In this document: piece by piece, positions 1-14,700 of the stretch
How the letters are laid out: the number at the start of each line of letters is the position of its first letter
Numbering within the stretch: position 1 is the stretch's first letter
IMG/VR virus record: IMGVR_UViG_3300045988_122545
Span: 1 to 64,000 of that record
Length of the DNA: 64,000 nucleotides
DNA from: a virus
Direction: 5' to 3' (one strand)
Translations under genes and position numbers: made by a program
The notes under the pieces: model-generated
The model's input: the letters and a program-made list of their open reading frames with translations, nothing else
Databases searched by the model: none
What the model was told of the DNA's origin: nothing

Positions 1-2782
1 ATTTTTTTTGAATTTCTAAAGTTTGAAGTTTATCTCTATCTTCATTATTCATTTTTGACTCATCGATATATCCAGAATTATCTCTGTATTTATCTTTTAA
101 TAATCTTATTTTAGAATCAATCTAATCTCTAGCAGCTTGAGCTTCAGCAGATAAAGAATCCATTATTTCATAAAACTCCGTAGTATATTTTCTTTCAGCT
201 CTATGAGATAAAAACTAATTTTTTAATTTTGCGAACTAAGCTCTTAATATAAGATCTTCTGGTAAATTTAAATCACTTGGTTTCATTCCAAATTTTATAC
301 GTAATTGCTGCATAAAATTTGCTACATCATTATTAAATAATCCGTATTTTCTATTTCTTATCAAATAACCAGTTGGTTTTCCATTCTTATCTGTTTCATA
401 AAATTGAAGTAATCCGCCTTTTATATTCTATGATAACCTATTTATAATTACAGATTTATTAAATACTCTTTGTCTACGTTTGTTCTGGCTATCCTGTAAA
501 AGTTTATATAACGTTTTCATAGCAGGGTCTTTTACTTTGTCAGGAGACATAAATAAACGTGTTAATTGAGTAATATCTCTATTTGTATTTAGCACATCAC
601 CGTTCACAAATTCATTTATCGTAGATAACCATATTTGATTAGAACTATCAATATTACTTTCAATCATTATTCTTTTAAAATTTTCTGTCTGCATCTATCT
701 AAGATGATTTCTTGAAAGTTGTAATACGTTCTATACGGTAATAGTTAAATCTCTTAAATTCTGAAATACATCTGTATTTTTAATAGTATCAAATTTACTA
801 AGATCGTCGATTATATCAGATATTTCCTGCATCATCGGGCTATAAAATCCAAAGAAATTTCTATCTAATGATAGAATTCTATCATCGTTTAATACTTTCT
901 AATTATTATATGCATCTAGTATTTCCTATGCTATTTTTGGTAAATCGTTATTTACTAATCTTGTAAATTGAAATATGGCATACAAATCATTTACATTTTC
1001 ATCATTTAATTGAGATATTAGATATTTAATATTTGCTTCTGCTTCAGCTTTATCATCTAAATCAACAATATCTAACGTATTCAATTTTATTTCCATACTG
1101 CTAGATAAAGACTTTCTTAATTTAGAAAGTTGTTCATCTATTTTCTCTTTAGTGTTTATTTGATATGATTGATTTAGCTATTCTAACTACTATTGTAAAA
1201 CATCTCTGGTACCGTCTAATTCTCTATTAAAACTCTCTCTATCTATCCTACTGTTATAGAATTCATCTACTGATTCGTATGTATCAATTTCCTTAGCGTT
1301 TACCTATAATATTAAATCTTCTATTGTATTATATAAATCATCTAATTGTTTTACGGATGAATCAAATTTCTATTTGGGCGAATCGATAATGTTGATTTTT
1401 CTTAATACATCTACAATAAATTCTATGAACTTCTACCAGACAGATTTGCTATCATTGTGAGAATTTTTTGTATCACTATCGATATTCTTGACCGCGTCGT
1501 AAATTATCTATCTAGTAACAGGATTAACCATGAATTCATTTATAAATTCATCTATGCTTTGATCTCCTAATCCATAAAATTTATATTCATCTGGAATATA
1601 TTTTACTAGTTTATCTTTTATTTCCTAAAATTCTTTTCTGTATTTAGAATTTTTAGGATTATCTAAAAATTTTAATAAATAATGATGTAATAATTCGTGT
1701 GCTACCGTTTCTGCAATACTTTCTAATGAACTATTATGGATCGTTTCTGCATATATATTTATATCACCATTGTATGTTGCTAATACATCTTTATTATCTT
1801 CTGGTTTTGACCAACGCAAGTTAACATTTGCTGGTACATTATATAATAATCTTAATAAGTTTAGTACATTTCTATCATAAATTATATCAGGAAATTCATC
1901 ATTCGCGTAATTTTTCTATGAATTCTCCTCATTTAACATAAATAATCGTTCAATCAAATCTTGACTGTTTGATATTTTACCAGAATCTATATCAATGTTT
2001 AAAGCTGATCTTTGTTGTGTTTCAGTAAGACTGAACTATATACGATTATTAGAGTCATATTTTCTATTATAGATATTATTATCTATGGTAGAGAAAGTAC
2101 CACGATTGTCTATTGATTTTATCTGATTTGGGTTTTTAACTACCCATTCTCTAGTAAAATCTTTCCAATTTTCTAAAGCGTCTGCAAAACTAGCTAATTC
2201 TTTGGCATCTTCTTCATTTACTTCTATTATGAGACCATCACCGCTTTTATAGTAATTACTATCTCTGTTATCAAAAGTAGTTAAATCAGGATTTCTTAAG
2301 TTGATAAACACATCAAGATATCTCGCATAAGGAACATATCCCTGTTCCATAAAATTTCTTGCAACAGCTTGATTCATTGTTCCAAAATAAAATCCTTTAT
2401 TTTTACCCTTGTTAAATTTAGAATCAAATGTATCAAAAGTTGCTGTAGCGAAATGATGAAGAATTAATGGTTCACCATTACTATCTACTACTTTAGATAC
2501 ATTTGTTTTATCGTCCTGTTGCCAATCTCCAAACCAATTCTTAAACGTTTTAGAATACACATTTGCTTTAGCTTTTATAGCTAAGTCTCTGTCTCCATTA
2601 TAATGCTATAATAAGTCTGAAAACAGCTTAGACTCAGCCCCGTTAGGGGCTTTATCTAAACTGTATCCATTATTCTAATCCCATAGATAATATGCTGCAT
2701 TTTCACCAACAGCATCAACTAATTCATCAAATTCCTATTTAACTTTAGGATCGCTAAAATTTGGACAAAAAGTATTTTTCAT
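1..2782 (-). CDS. Large virion/cargo-type protein with an HExxH zincin motif. Start is ATG 2780-2782 and the 3' end runs off the window. TAG-recoded.
   Basis: ORF-track pieces 2036..2560, 1625..1819 and 428..694 share one frame and every boundary is cta (TAG). Codon-by-codon reading of 2561-2782 and 2-80 shows no TAA or TGA. Motif AHELLHH lies at about 1685-1699. The ATG sits 2 nt after the TAA of the upstream giant gene. Confidence 0.7.
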
Positions 2783-2784
2783 AA

Positions 2785-5700
2785 TTATTTACCTTTACAT
2801 TTATTTTTAACTATTTCTCCTAAAGCGTTCATATCATTTAAGAATGAATCGTCTATAGGATTAGATATATTCAAATCCCCAGTATCTACAGTATTAACTT
2901 GTTTAACAGCACTTTCAATTAAAGCGGACATATCTGTAAATATATCAGCTTCATTTTGTAAAACTTCAGGTATGTTTTCTGTCATATTATTTGTTGCATC
3001 TCCAGTTGAAAAAATTTCTATACTTTCTGGAGACATATCCTATACATCAACAAAACCTGTGTAATCTGTAATCATAGAAGTATCTATACTAGAATATTCA
3101 TCGTATCCTGGATCTACATAAGTTTGACCTTGTTCTTTAGCTTCTACTGCATCGATTAATACGTCATCTATAATATTATAATTTAATATGTAGTTTTTAA
3201 CATCATCTTTTACATCATTTACTCTATTTTTACCCGATATATTCATGATTTTATCTACAATATTATCATTCTGTAATTTTATAGATTCTTGTATTTGTAA
3301 TCCGTCTATTAATGCTGCACTTGTTATATTGTTTTGTGGGAAAGCTGATATTTGTGTAGAACCGTTTACATACTCAAATATTCTAGTCCCATTATCTTCT
3401 ACTCCTAACTTAGGAGTAAGCAAATACACACTTCTAAGAGAACTTCTTATTTGAGATTCATCATCAGCTCTATTAAGCATTATTTCTCCAACCTTACGAT
3501 ATAATTCACCATTAACGTTTATATATCTGTCTTTGGTATTTTTAGTCATAAATAATACTCTCTTTCTAGATCCATCAGGAGCAATAAATAAGGTCATATC
3601 ACCGTTATTATCATATTTATAAGGCTTTACTATTTCTTTATTATACCACATATTTCTTGCTATTGTAGTAGAAATAGATGGATAATATCCAGATTTAGGA
3701 TCATCTATAGATTCAGCAACCATCTGACCAGCTACAGAATTAACATCACCAAAATCTTCTAAAGCTTTTCTGAATTCAGTAGTATACCCTTTCTTTATCT
3801 TCCAACTAACTGGTACCAAATTAAAGAAATTATTTACCGAATTATTATCGTATGTTGAAAAGTAAGCATACATAGCTAAATCTTCTGCAAAATCTCTGAT
3901 AAATTCATCTTCATGATTTAATAAATCGTCAAACGCAGATATTAATACGTTTTCTGTATATTTATCATTATTCATTGATGAATTAGATAATATTACTTTA
4001 TCTAACATTGTTTTAGTACCATCAGCTGAATATTCTTGTAAATAATTAAGTAACGCATTTTTAATAGTTCCTGTATTCTTATCAATAAGTGTAGGATAAT
4101 TATCTTTTTCCTCTAGAATATAACGTTTAATTGCAGTTAATCTTCTACACATTGTATCTGGACCAATAAACATATCATATAATTTATCTCCATCAATATT
4201 AAAATTAGGATTATTGGCAGCAATTCTTGCTCTAATTACAGATTCCAATGCTTTATTTATTTGAACAACATATTCCTAATCATTTGTATATTGATATTGA
4301 GAATCATCTTCAGATGGACCAACAAAAGTACGCATAACATTAGTATGTATATCCTCATATTCTTTTGTTGCAACAATAGATTGTTTTCTAAGAATGGTTC
4401 TAGGTAATGTTAAACCGTAATACAATTTCTTACCTAAGAATGTAACTTGCATATAATATTCTATTGGAGTTTGATTTTCTATTAATACAGCTTTACTATC
4501 ATTTATGTAGAATATATCTTCATTCTCTTTAGAGAAAGTAGAAACCATATTTTTAAAATTCATTTGAACAGCAAGATTGTTACCATATTTCTTAGTATCG
4601 ATCTAAGATATTTTTACAAGTTTTGCTAATCGTTTAGCATCTGAATTTAACTCTTTATATGCTTTCATTACAATCAACTGCTAATAAGCATATTCAGCGC
4701 TAGTCTTACTTGCTTTTAAAGCATTTTTCAGTTTTGATTCATCAAATACCCAATCATATTGAATATTAGTTATATTTGCGTCATTCATCTGACCAATAGG
4801 TTTCATCTTACTATATGGTCTTTCTCTTAACCAACCATTATACAATTTTATATATTTCTATTTTTCACTTCCATCAGGCATTATGTTAATAGCGTCATAC
4901 AATACTTTCTCATATCGCTGATAATATTTATTTATAACTTTTGCTTCGGTTATAGTAGGATCTACACCATATACACCCCTGTTTGCGATTTGCTCAGCTG
5001 CATACATTTTTAATATATCTTGGGCTAAGAAATAGAATGTTGACTATCCTTTACCGCCTCGCAATAATAAGTTAGTCATGTTATATGTAATCTAATTAAC
5101 ATTTAATGCGATGATATATGGATCTTTTGCAACGTCAACGTGAGCGTTAATCATTGCAGATAACCAGTCTAATATTCTAAATCCGTCTTGTCCTTTTATA
5201 GCATCAAGATTTCCAAGATTATATCTATTACCGTTAGCATAATTCATACACAAATGTGCAAATTGTGTTAATGCATGGTTTGTAGAATTCAATGCAAACG
5301 GAGCAATACCTGCTTTACCACTGGTATATTCTATTTTTCTAGATAATTGGAACGATGGTAATAAAGCGTAACCAGGTTTAGCTTCTGCTAATACGGAAGG
5401 CATAACTAATTTTAATACGTCTTTCTTTAAGAAAGAAGTAAGTGTATCGATTGATGCTTTAGTTTCAGCCATATTGTTTTCGTCAGAAATACACATCATC
5501 TAATATTCCAACATACGATTTGTTATAGCTTCCTTACTTTGCTTATAGAAATCTACATTCTCATCATATTCTACTTTTTTACCGTTTTCAAAATCATATA
5601 TAGCTATATACAATTTATCAACGTCAAAGTCAGAACCAGTCATAGCGGTAAATCCATCTGGAACAACTATTGTATCAGCATAAGTTTCTGGTAATACATC

Positions 5701-8700
5701 CATTACAGTAAAGGCAAAAGTTGATGATGAACCCTGGGTAGGAATACGATAACCAATACCTATTGGTTGAGAATTTTCACCAATTATGTTATTTTCAAAT
5801 AACCAATCTCTCATCATTTTAAAGTTTGCCTATTTTTCTTTTGGAACAATATGTCTAAAGAAGTTAGTAGATAACATTACTTCCATAGAACCATTATTTC
5901 TTAGGAATTTTAAAGAATTACCATTATTTAATGGAGACATATCATTAGGATTGTATTCAATGGTAGCAGTTTTCTTAAATCCAAAATTAGACATCTGAAT
6001 AGCAGCACCACCTTTTGTATTTATGTCTACAACTGTTTTATTAACTAACGATATTATTCTACTTTCAATCCAGTTTCTAGAACTCATAGCACTAACAGAA
6101 ATATTGAAATTTCCATTTTGATCTAACTATAAAGCGTTTATGACTTCTTCAGACATTCCTGATGATTTAGCTTCTTTTATCAATTCATTAGATAACTTCT
6201 GATTATCTATAATCCATTTACCATTTTCCTTTTTAAAGAACTATCTATGGATATCTTTAACACCAAATTCAGTTAATCTATCTATGCAAGACATTATAGT
6301 TTGCTTTATATCAGAACCTTTTACTTTCTTACCTTTGTTTAATCCATAAGTAAGATCATCGCGTAAATTTGATAAAAACATTTTTACAGCCTATGTACCC
6401 ATACTTCTATCCATATGTTCATGAGGATCTGTATTTAACTATAATCTTAAATGTTTTATATCTTGAACTAAAATAGGTAAATCACCGACTTTTCCAGTTT
6501 TTGCATAAGACGGTTTATTCAAAGCTTCAATGTTTAATTGTGTATTTTGTTCGTCTTTATACATTTTAAATGTATTACCTAACCCAACTTTAACAGCAGA
6601 TTCAAATACTAACATATCAATTACTCCAAGATTTTCATTGTTCATACGATCGTATATTAGTTTATTATCTGCTTTACACAAAGATTTAAACATCGGGAAG
6701 ATTGCCATTTTGTTAAATACTGGAATATCCAATCCTAACTGTTTATCAAATGTATCACCCATATAAACCATTTTCTATACATTAAGTATAAGAGGTTTAG
6801 CTAAATTATATAGAGTGGTATCATTCATCCAATTATCGTTGTTTTCAATTATTCTATACGCTTTTTCAATTTGATCATTCCATCTACCTTGAGCCATCAT
6901 TAAACGTCTCCACATTGCTGGACGCATGTATACAGCGGCATCAGATTGATTAATTTCTCCATCTTTGTACGGTGCTGCAGCTAATTTAGACATTTTATTT
7001 ATTCTCTGTTGTGTAGATTCGTCAAATTGTTTCATTATATCATTCATCGTATCCATATTTATAGTAGAATATATTTCATCTACTGATAATTCTGGATGTA
7101 ATGATTCATATTCATCTCGTATTAAAGATAATTTATTTATATTTAGTAATTGTTCATAAAATGGTATAGACACTTGATTATCTGAAAGGTTTAAAACAGT
7201 ATATTTAGTATCGTTACGTTCATCTCCGTCACCCCAGTTCAATCTCATATCTGAACCAGTAGATAATACTGAGGATAGACGTTTAATTTTATCCACATCC
7301 ATACCTATAATCGTACTAAATTCAGCATAATCTTCAGGATTTATACCAGGATTATTTTTAATATATTCACTCAATCCGTCTTTATATATAACTGGCTAGA
7401 AAGAATCATCATTTGGTTTATAAATGGTAGATACACTTAACCATTTATAATATGCTGGATCTCCAGTAAAACATCTTTCTACTTCCTATATTGATATAGC
7501 TGTATTAGCAACATGAGATCCTATAATAGAATATAATATATCATCTGTTTTATTTAATGATGAATAACCTGCAGCGTTTATAGGTTTAAATCTTGTATAA
7601 TATTCGGATACAATATTAGCTGGAATAAGTTTATTGTGTAATAATCCCATCCCGTCTCTGGTTATTATACCCATATTTACTAATTTTTCAACCTCTCTGT
7701 TTGTTAAATCTATAAGATAATTATTAACAAGTTCTTTTAAATTCTATTTGTTGTTCTTTAATAATTGTTCTCTCAAATTATCTAAATATAATTTTACTGC
7801 TAAATCATTGCTATTTGTTTCTAGTTTGGCCAAATCTTGATTTAGATTCTTAGTTTCACCATTAAATACGACATTAGTAAAATATCTAAATCTACCACCG
7901 TTACCACCTGGCAGCATCTTTCCATTTTTTATTTTACCGTGATAATTTTTTCTCCACAATTCAGGATGTGTTGCAACAAAATCTTTTTTATTGAAATAAT
8001 CTATAACAGCATTCAATTCAGATTCAAAGTAATCAGAGAATATATTTATTGCGTCTGAACTAAATCTACGCTCGCCAATAGTAGATACCTGCTATATAAC
8101 ACCATTTACACGTTGTTCAACAGTATTTACTCTAGATAATGTTTCGTGTAACAGATTATATCCTGATATACTATACCAAGTCTTTTTATCTGACATTGTA
8201 GGTAATGTCATCTAATCAGCATTAGTTAAACATAATTTTATTATATAATCTTCTATAGGAGATATTCCGAAATAATCTCTACTTGTCTGAGATTCTTTCT
8301 CTTCTACTGCTATTAATGTATGTAATTTGAATTTAATTTTACCAGCATTTCTAGCTAAAATAGAACTAGCACCATATTTTGAATTTAATATGTTTGATGC
8401 TTTATCGTACATATTCTTATTCAACCATCTTATCTAATCTGACATGTAGTTATTTTCACTAATAGGATATCTTAAACTACCATCAGCACCCGTAACACTA
8501 AACTCTTCAGGAGAAGGATGAACATTACCATATGATACAGCAACTAATCCTATAAAAGTATCTGTTGCATATGGAGGAACGGTAAATATTCTGTTCAAAG
8601 GAATATTTGCTTTTTTAGGATTTTCTTGATAATTTTTTATATTAGTTAATATACTTCCAATAGAATAACTTTTATTACTCTTCCATAAGTTTTTAAATTT

Positions 8701-11700
8701 CTATAAATCATTTATGAACTTTCCGTCTTTATCCGTTGATTTTATGCAATTTAACATATAATCGAAGGTAGGAGAATCCATAGGAATGTATAATAAATTC
8801 ATCAACTGTATGAAATTATCCTTTATGTTATCCAGTAAATCAGTCTGATCAACGTCTTTTTTAGATATTTCTTTTAATATATTATTTATATTATTTTCAT
8901 ACGTCTTTATCTGTTTTACTAACAACGGATTTACAGTTCTTCTATTTCCATCTAATTGTGTATTGTCAGAAGAGAAAAATGCTAACGACCATTGTCTAGG
9001 ATATCTTGCTATTTTAGTAAGATTACTACTATCTTCAATATCCCATATACTTCTTTTTTTGGCTTCTTCCTCTAATTGCATTCTTATTTGAGGATCTTTT
9101 TCACCTTTATAATCAGGTTTATCAGGATGTATCTTAATAGTAGTCATACTATTTTTACTAGATTTTATAGCAACTTCCAACTGTGTTTTCTCCCATTGAG
9201 TCAACTGATTATCCGTATCAGCCAATCTTTCTTTAAGAGCATAAAAGAATGGATCTACAGCACTAAGTCTGTCGCATCTTTCTACCATTTCATCAAACGT
9301 ATCAATATCCCATAAATTTTCCATTACTTTATTCCATGCGATAGAAAAAGGAACTGATTGGTTTAAATTAAATATAGGATCTGTTACAGGAGTAGGTATT
9401 CTTATAATTTTTCCGTCTTCGTATTCAACTGTTTCAAACTGATATTCTGGTATAGAGTAAAAGAATAGTCTTGCATTAAATGCTAATTTGTCTTTCTTAG
9501 AATGTTCTCCTTGTTCAGCATCCCAAGTATTATCTGGCATATCGCCTATTTCTCGTTTCTATTTCTATTTGTCGTCACTTTCTGCATTTTTGGTGTCACT
9601 TATTTCTTTATCTATACCCAAATCCCATAAATATTCTTTTATATATTTACTGAATAATTCACGATTACCCAATACGTCTAATGCTATATCCTAATAATCT
9701 GGATTAATAGAATCACTATTATATAATTGTTCTAAGTTATTAAAGACACTATCGATATTTAATCCTTTCTATAGTTCTCTCTATGTTCGTACTTGCATAT
9801 AAGATAAAGCTGAACCAACTAAAGATCTAACTATATCATAAAATATTTGTCCATCTGATATATTTGGTATTTTAGAATATTCTTCTTCAGACATACCTGG
9901 TATATAAAAATGTAAACCAGAATCATACGCCTGATTAAATTCATTCAATACACTTTGAGAAGGTTTGTATTTAGCAAAGTCACCTTTGTTAATTTTTGCA
10001 TACATCTGAGTATGTAAACCAGGTCTTAGAAAATCTAATTTTAATAATTTTCCAAGTCTATCAAAGAATTTAATTATATGATAAGATTTAAATATACTCT
10101 TCAAACCAACCATATAATCTTTAAATTCTTCAGCCATCGCTTCTTCTATCTATTCTTTAGTATAATCTTCTGCTTTTTTATGACGCTTTATATAGTCTTG
10201 ATATAAAGCAGATCTTTGATTCTCTGTAAGCAGTAATTGACTAACATAGTGCCATGCTTCATGGTATGTAACACCTTTTCCTCCGTGTTTAGAAATTACT
10301 ATTTGTGGATTAAATTCTTTCTTAAAGTAATCCCATACTACACGCATAACACCGTATGCTTTTTCATTAGAATGAGTACGAAGAACAGAATTAGTTATGA
10401 ATATATCTTCATCAGTTAATCCTAATTTATCATTCAACCATTTACGAGCTTTTTGTTCTTTTAATTTACCATTACTTTTTTCTGTAGAATACCATCCCTT
10501 CTGTTTGTATCTTTCCAATCCAAAATTCTTAAGATAGTCTTTTACATTCATTTGAATTATAGAAGGTTTTCCTGTTTTTGGACTAAAGAATATGACATAT
10601 CTAGATCCCAATTGTGGAGCTCTCGTTGGTTTTTGTAACTTATATTTACTTAAATTTTCATCTGTGACTAATTCAGGTTTCTTACCGATGTTTTGTTCCC
10701 ATTCAGGATTTATCTCTTCGGTAATCTCCTATTTAACACCGTTTACAACTACTGTTTTGGTTATTGTTTTCTTATTAGAAGACTTTTTCGGTGTATCTTC
10801 TACCTTCTGTACAGACTACACCTTCTCTTCTTTACTTTTCTGATCTTCTGTAGATACAGTATTTTCTGTTTCTGCAGACGATTTTTGTTCATATCCAGTA
10901 GATGTTGAAATATCACTTCTAGCTACGCCATCTGCAAATACAAAAGGAGCTTTGAATAAATGTTCACCTGTATCTATCTTAATTTTTCCGTGATTTATCA
11001 TCCACGCAATGACAGACGGTGCTTCTTTTTCTCCTTCTATTTTAACTATGTTGTTATTATCATCAATCGTGTAGCCTATATCCGATAGAGTAAAAGCAAC
11101 ATCTGGACCTAATATTTCAATATCAGTATCTTTTGTTAAGGTTTTACCAGCGTCAATATATTCAGATTTAGCTATTTTTAATACATATTGAACTACACTA
11201 TCTGGAATTCTAGACATCATTAAATCTTTATCTGTATTCCAGTGGATATTTCTAGATATATTAAAAATAACTCTTCTTCTCATTGATTCGCTAATGTTAT
11301 CCAATACTATATTACGTATTGCATAATTTTTCTACAATGAAACATCGTCTATATTAGCGGTACCTATCTAAAATACTGTTCTATTCTTCTTATCAACTGT
11401 TACATTTAAAGCTTTACGAACATAAAATTGAACATTAGCAGTTGGACTAGAAAAATGTGGTATAGTTCTCTCTCCAGTTCTAGCTAGTAAACTCAAAAAG
11501 AAATCATTTAATTCTTGATTACTAAACAAACCTTTAGTCATTAATTCGTATATTAATTCGGCTGTAGAAGGTTTGTTATTTAAATTTACTGCCTAATGCT
11601 TATTATCATATGTTAATTTAATATCTTCTGGTCTAGTTACTCCAGGTATCCAATGCTTTTCTTCAGTAAGCATTATAGGTACACTAACTCTTTGAGAAGG

Positions 11701-14700
11701 TGTTTGATTAACTTTTGGAATAACGTATAATTTACCAGCATATCCTATAGCTTGAGATGAAGTAAGTTCCTCTGTATTGGATAATTTAACAATTGCAAAA
11801 GGATCTTGTAAACAAAATGCTCCTTTACCATATCCAATTTCTAATTCACCTTCTTCAATCATGTTAGTTAAAGTATAAGGATCATTTGACAAATTCAGAT
11901 CACTTACTTCTGTTAACTTTCTGAATACAGGTTGTTCATTTTGTTTTATATTATTTATAGTTCCATTACTTATTCGCAAGTTAATCGGTTTACAATCTTT
12001 TCTAGGAGTAGAAGGTAGCGGTTCACCATTTATATAATTAGGTGCATAAGTTTGAATTATTTGCTTTCTGAATAAAGATAATGCTTCTAATTCATTATCT
12101 ATGTTCTGACGATTTACACCTAATTCTCTAAGTTCGTATTCTGCTCTTTGTGGAGTTCTTAAAGAAGTAGTATATACAACACCATCTTTTTCTATAACCA
12201 TATGGATGGCTGCATTATTAACAGCAGAATCAATTGTTTTGCTGTTACTTATTCTACGATCATCTTTCCATGCATCAGTAACAATATAATAAACATCATC
12301 AGCAGTTTGTAACCATCCTGGTTGTTCAAGTTTATCAGATAATTCTTTACCAGTACCTCTTTTTGCTATTTTTCCATCTTTTGTTATAAAAGATACTTCT
12401 TCTCCGTTTGCTTTTAATATGATAGGTGTTGTAGCAGATGGTTGAAAGAAGAATGTATTCTTGATTAAATTCTTCTTTTGTTTTTTATCATTACTCAAAC
12501 CTCTTGTTTTTTCAATATACTGATCCTATTGTTGTATATCAGTAGCGTGTATTAATCCGTTTTGATTAAATATATCTTCAAAAGTAGCATGGTGAGTAAT
12601 CATTTGTGGATCCAATGATACAAATTCTTCTTCTGTACCATTTGGACTTATACCAATCTAATCATTTATTACGATCACCTAATTTGCATCAGCTACAAAC
12701 ATATCAGGATTATCTCCTGGTTTATTTGCTAATGAACCAGTATCGACAACATCTATTGTTTTATTTTCAGTCTAAATAGGAACATCATCAGAATTAGTAT
12801 CCTGTGTAACAGGATTAGTCTATTCCTATGCAGTTGTTTCTTCTGGAATTTGATTAATATCCAGATTATTATTATCAGCGTCAATAGAAGAAATTAAATC
12901 TATTTTTTTACCATCGTCTATATCTTCTGCAGTATTTTTTACAGATTGATCCTGATCTATCTATTCGTTTATTTCAACTGGAGGATTCTACAAATCTTCA
13001 GTAGAGATATTGTATTGCTCTTCTACTTTATCATTTTGTAAATCTTCTATTCTAGATTCAGTAGAATCATCCTACTATGGTGTAGTTACTTCTTCTTTAT
13101 TATCCAAAGGTGGCATTTCTATAGAATCATCTGATTGTAATTCCTAACTATCCATAGGAGGAGTATAATTACCACCATTTAACTGATTCTACAATTTATC
13201 TATTTCTGACTATTCATCTACTTCATTATCTTGCGTAGGTGTAGATATTACCTTATCATTTTCTGATACAGATGTATCAGTAGGTTCTGTACTAGCTACT
13301 GTTTTTTCATTTCCTTCTGTTTGTGAAACGACTTCATCGATGTTTGGATTTTCAATAGAGTTTGAACCTTTTTCCTATAATTCTTGTTTAGCAATATTTT
13401 CTAATTGCTGTCTGCGTAACAAATCTCGTTGTATAATAGACAGTGCACGTTTATGGGCAATCTTTTCTTTATTTGGAGACTCGTCATCTTTATCCCACTA
13501 TTCGTTTATTTCGTTATTATAATCAGAAATTATCTGTTTTTTATTTGGTTGAGGTTTACCACTATTTACAGCTTCTTGTACTTTAGAATCTATAATTTCC
13601 TATTTTTGAGCTTCAGTAAGATTATTCCAAACAGGTTTAATTAAAGATATATCTCCATTATAAAAACCAGTTGTATAAGCAGATTTGTGTTGAACCAAAT
13701 CATTTAAAACTGCTGAATTTATTTGAGATGCTGCGATCGCTTCTCTAAGTTCACTGTAATTAGGTATAGCTTGTGCTACATCTTCTAATCCTTTATATAC
13801 CTTGTCTTTACTTAATTGTTTAAAGATGTTATCTATATAATTTTTTATAGCGGATATATTTTCAATATTTACATCTATTTTTTTATCAGATAATAATCTT
13901 TTTAAATCCTGCTCTCTACTACCTAACTGATTATTTAAATCATGTAACGTTTCAATAAGAATAAAACGGAGAGCTTCATTTAATATTTGTTCAGTAGATA
14001 TACTTTCTACTGTTTGAACGTCAGCAGTTTTTCCTTCTTTATAATTTTCAAAAGATTTTATTTGAGATTCCCGTATATAATCTTCCTTTATTTTATTTAT
14101 CGCTGCATCTAATACATCATTCTATCCTTCTTTATAATTAAGGACTTCCTATTGTAATGCTATTAATTCATCTAATGATTTTTCTGTTGCACTTCTCTAA
14201 TCATTTTCTTTATCTGACCACAATAAAGCATTATTAATATATCTACGATACGTATCTGATTTTTTATCTATTTTTAAATCAGTCGTATTGTTTTTTGTAA
14301 CATTTGCTCTATTCAAAGTCCATACTTTACTAGCTAATTCCTTATCAGCATCAATCATTTTATCTGTGACACCTTCTGGTTTATTAGCACGTAATTGTTC
14401 TAAAGTATTATGTATACGGGTTAATGAAGAACTATTATTGTTTGCAGCTCTTAAAAATGCAGATATTTTCTCATCATTTTCAGCATTAGCGTATCCATTT
14501 GCAGCTAATTCTTGTAATTTACGATCAGTATTAAGCTGTCTTATTCCAGAATATATATTTGGTGCGGTGTAAGCTGTACCTAATACAAATCCAGTAAATC
14601 CACCTACATCCATATTCTTTTTTAATTCCTGATCAGTATTTAAAGCATCATCTGTATGTAATCCGTAATATGCAGCTCTAGCCTCAAAACCTAATCTGAA

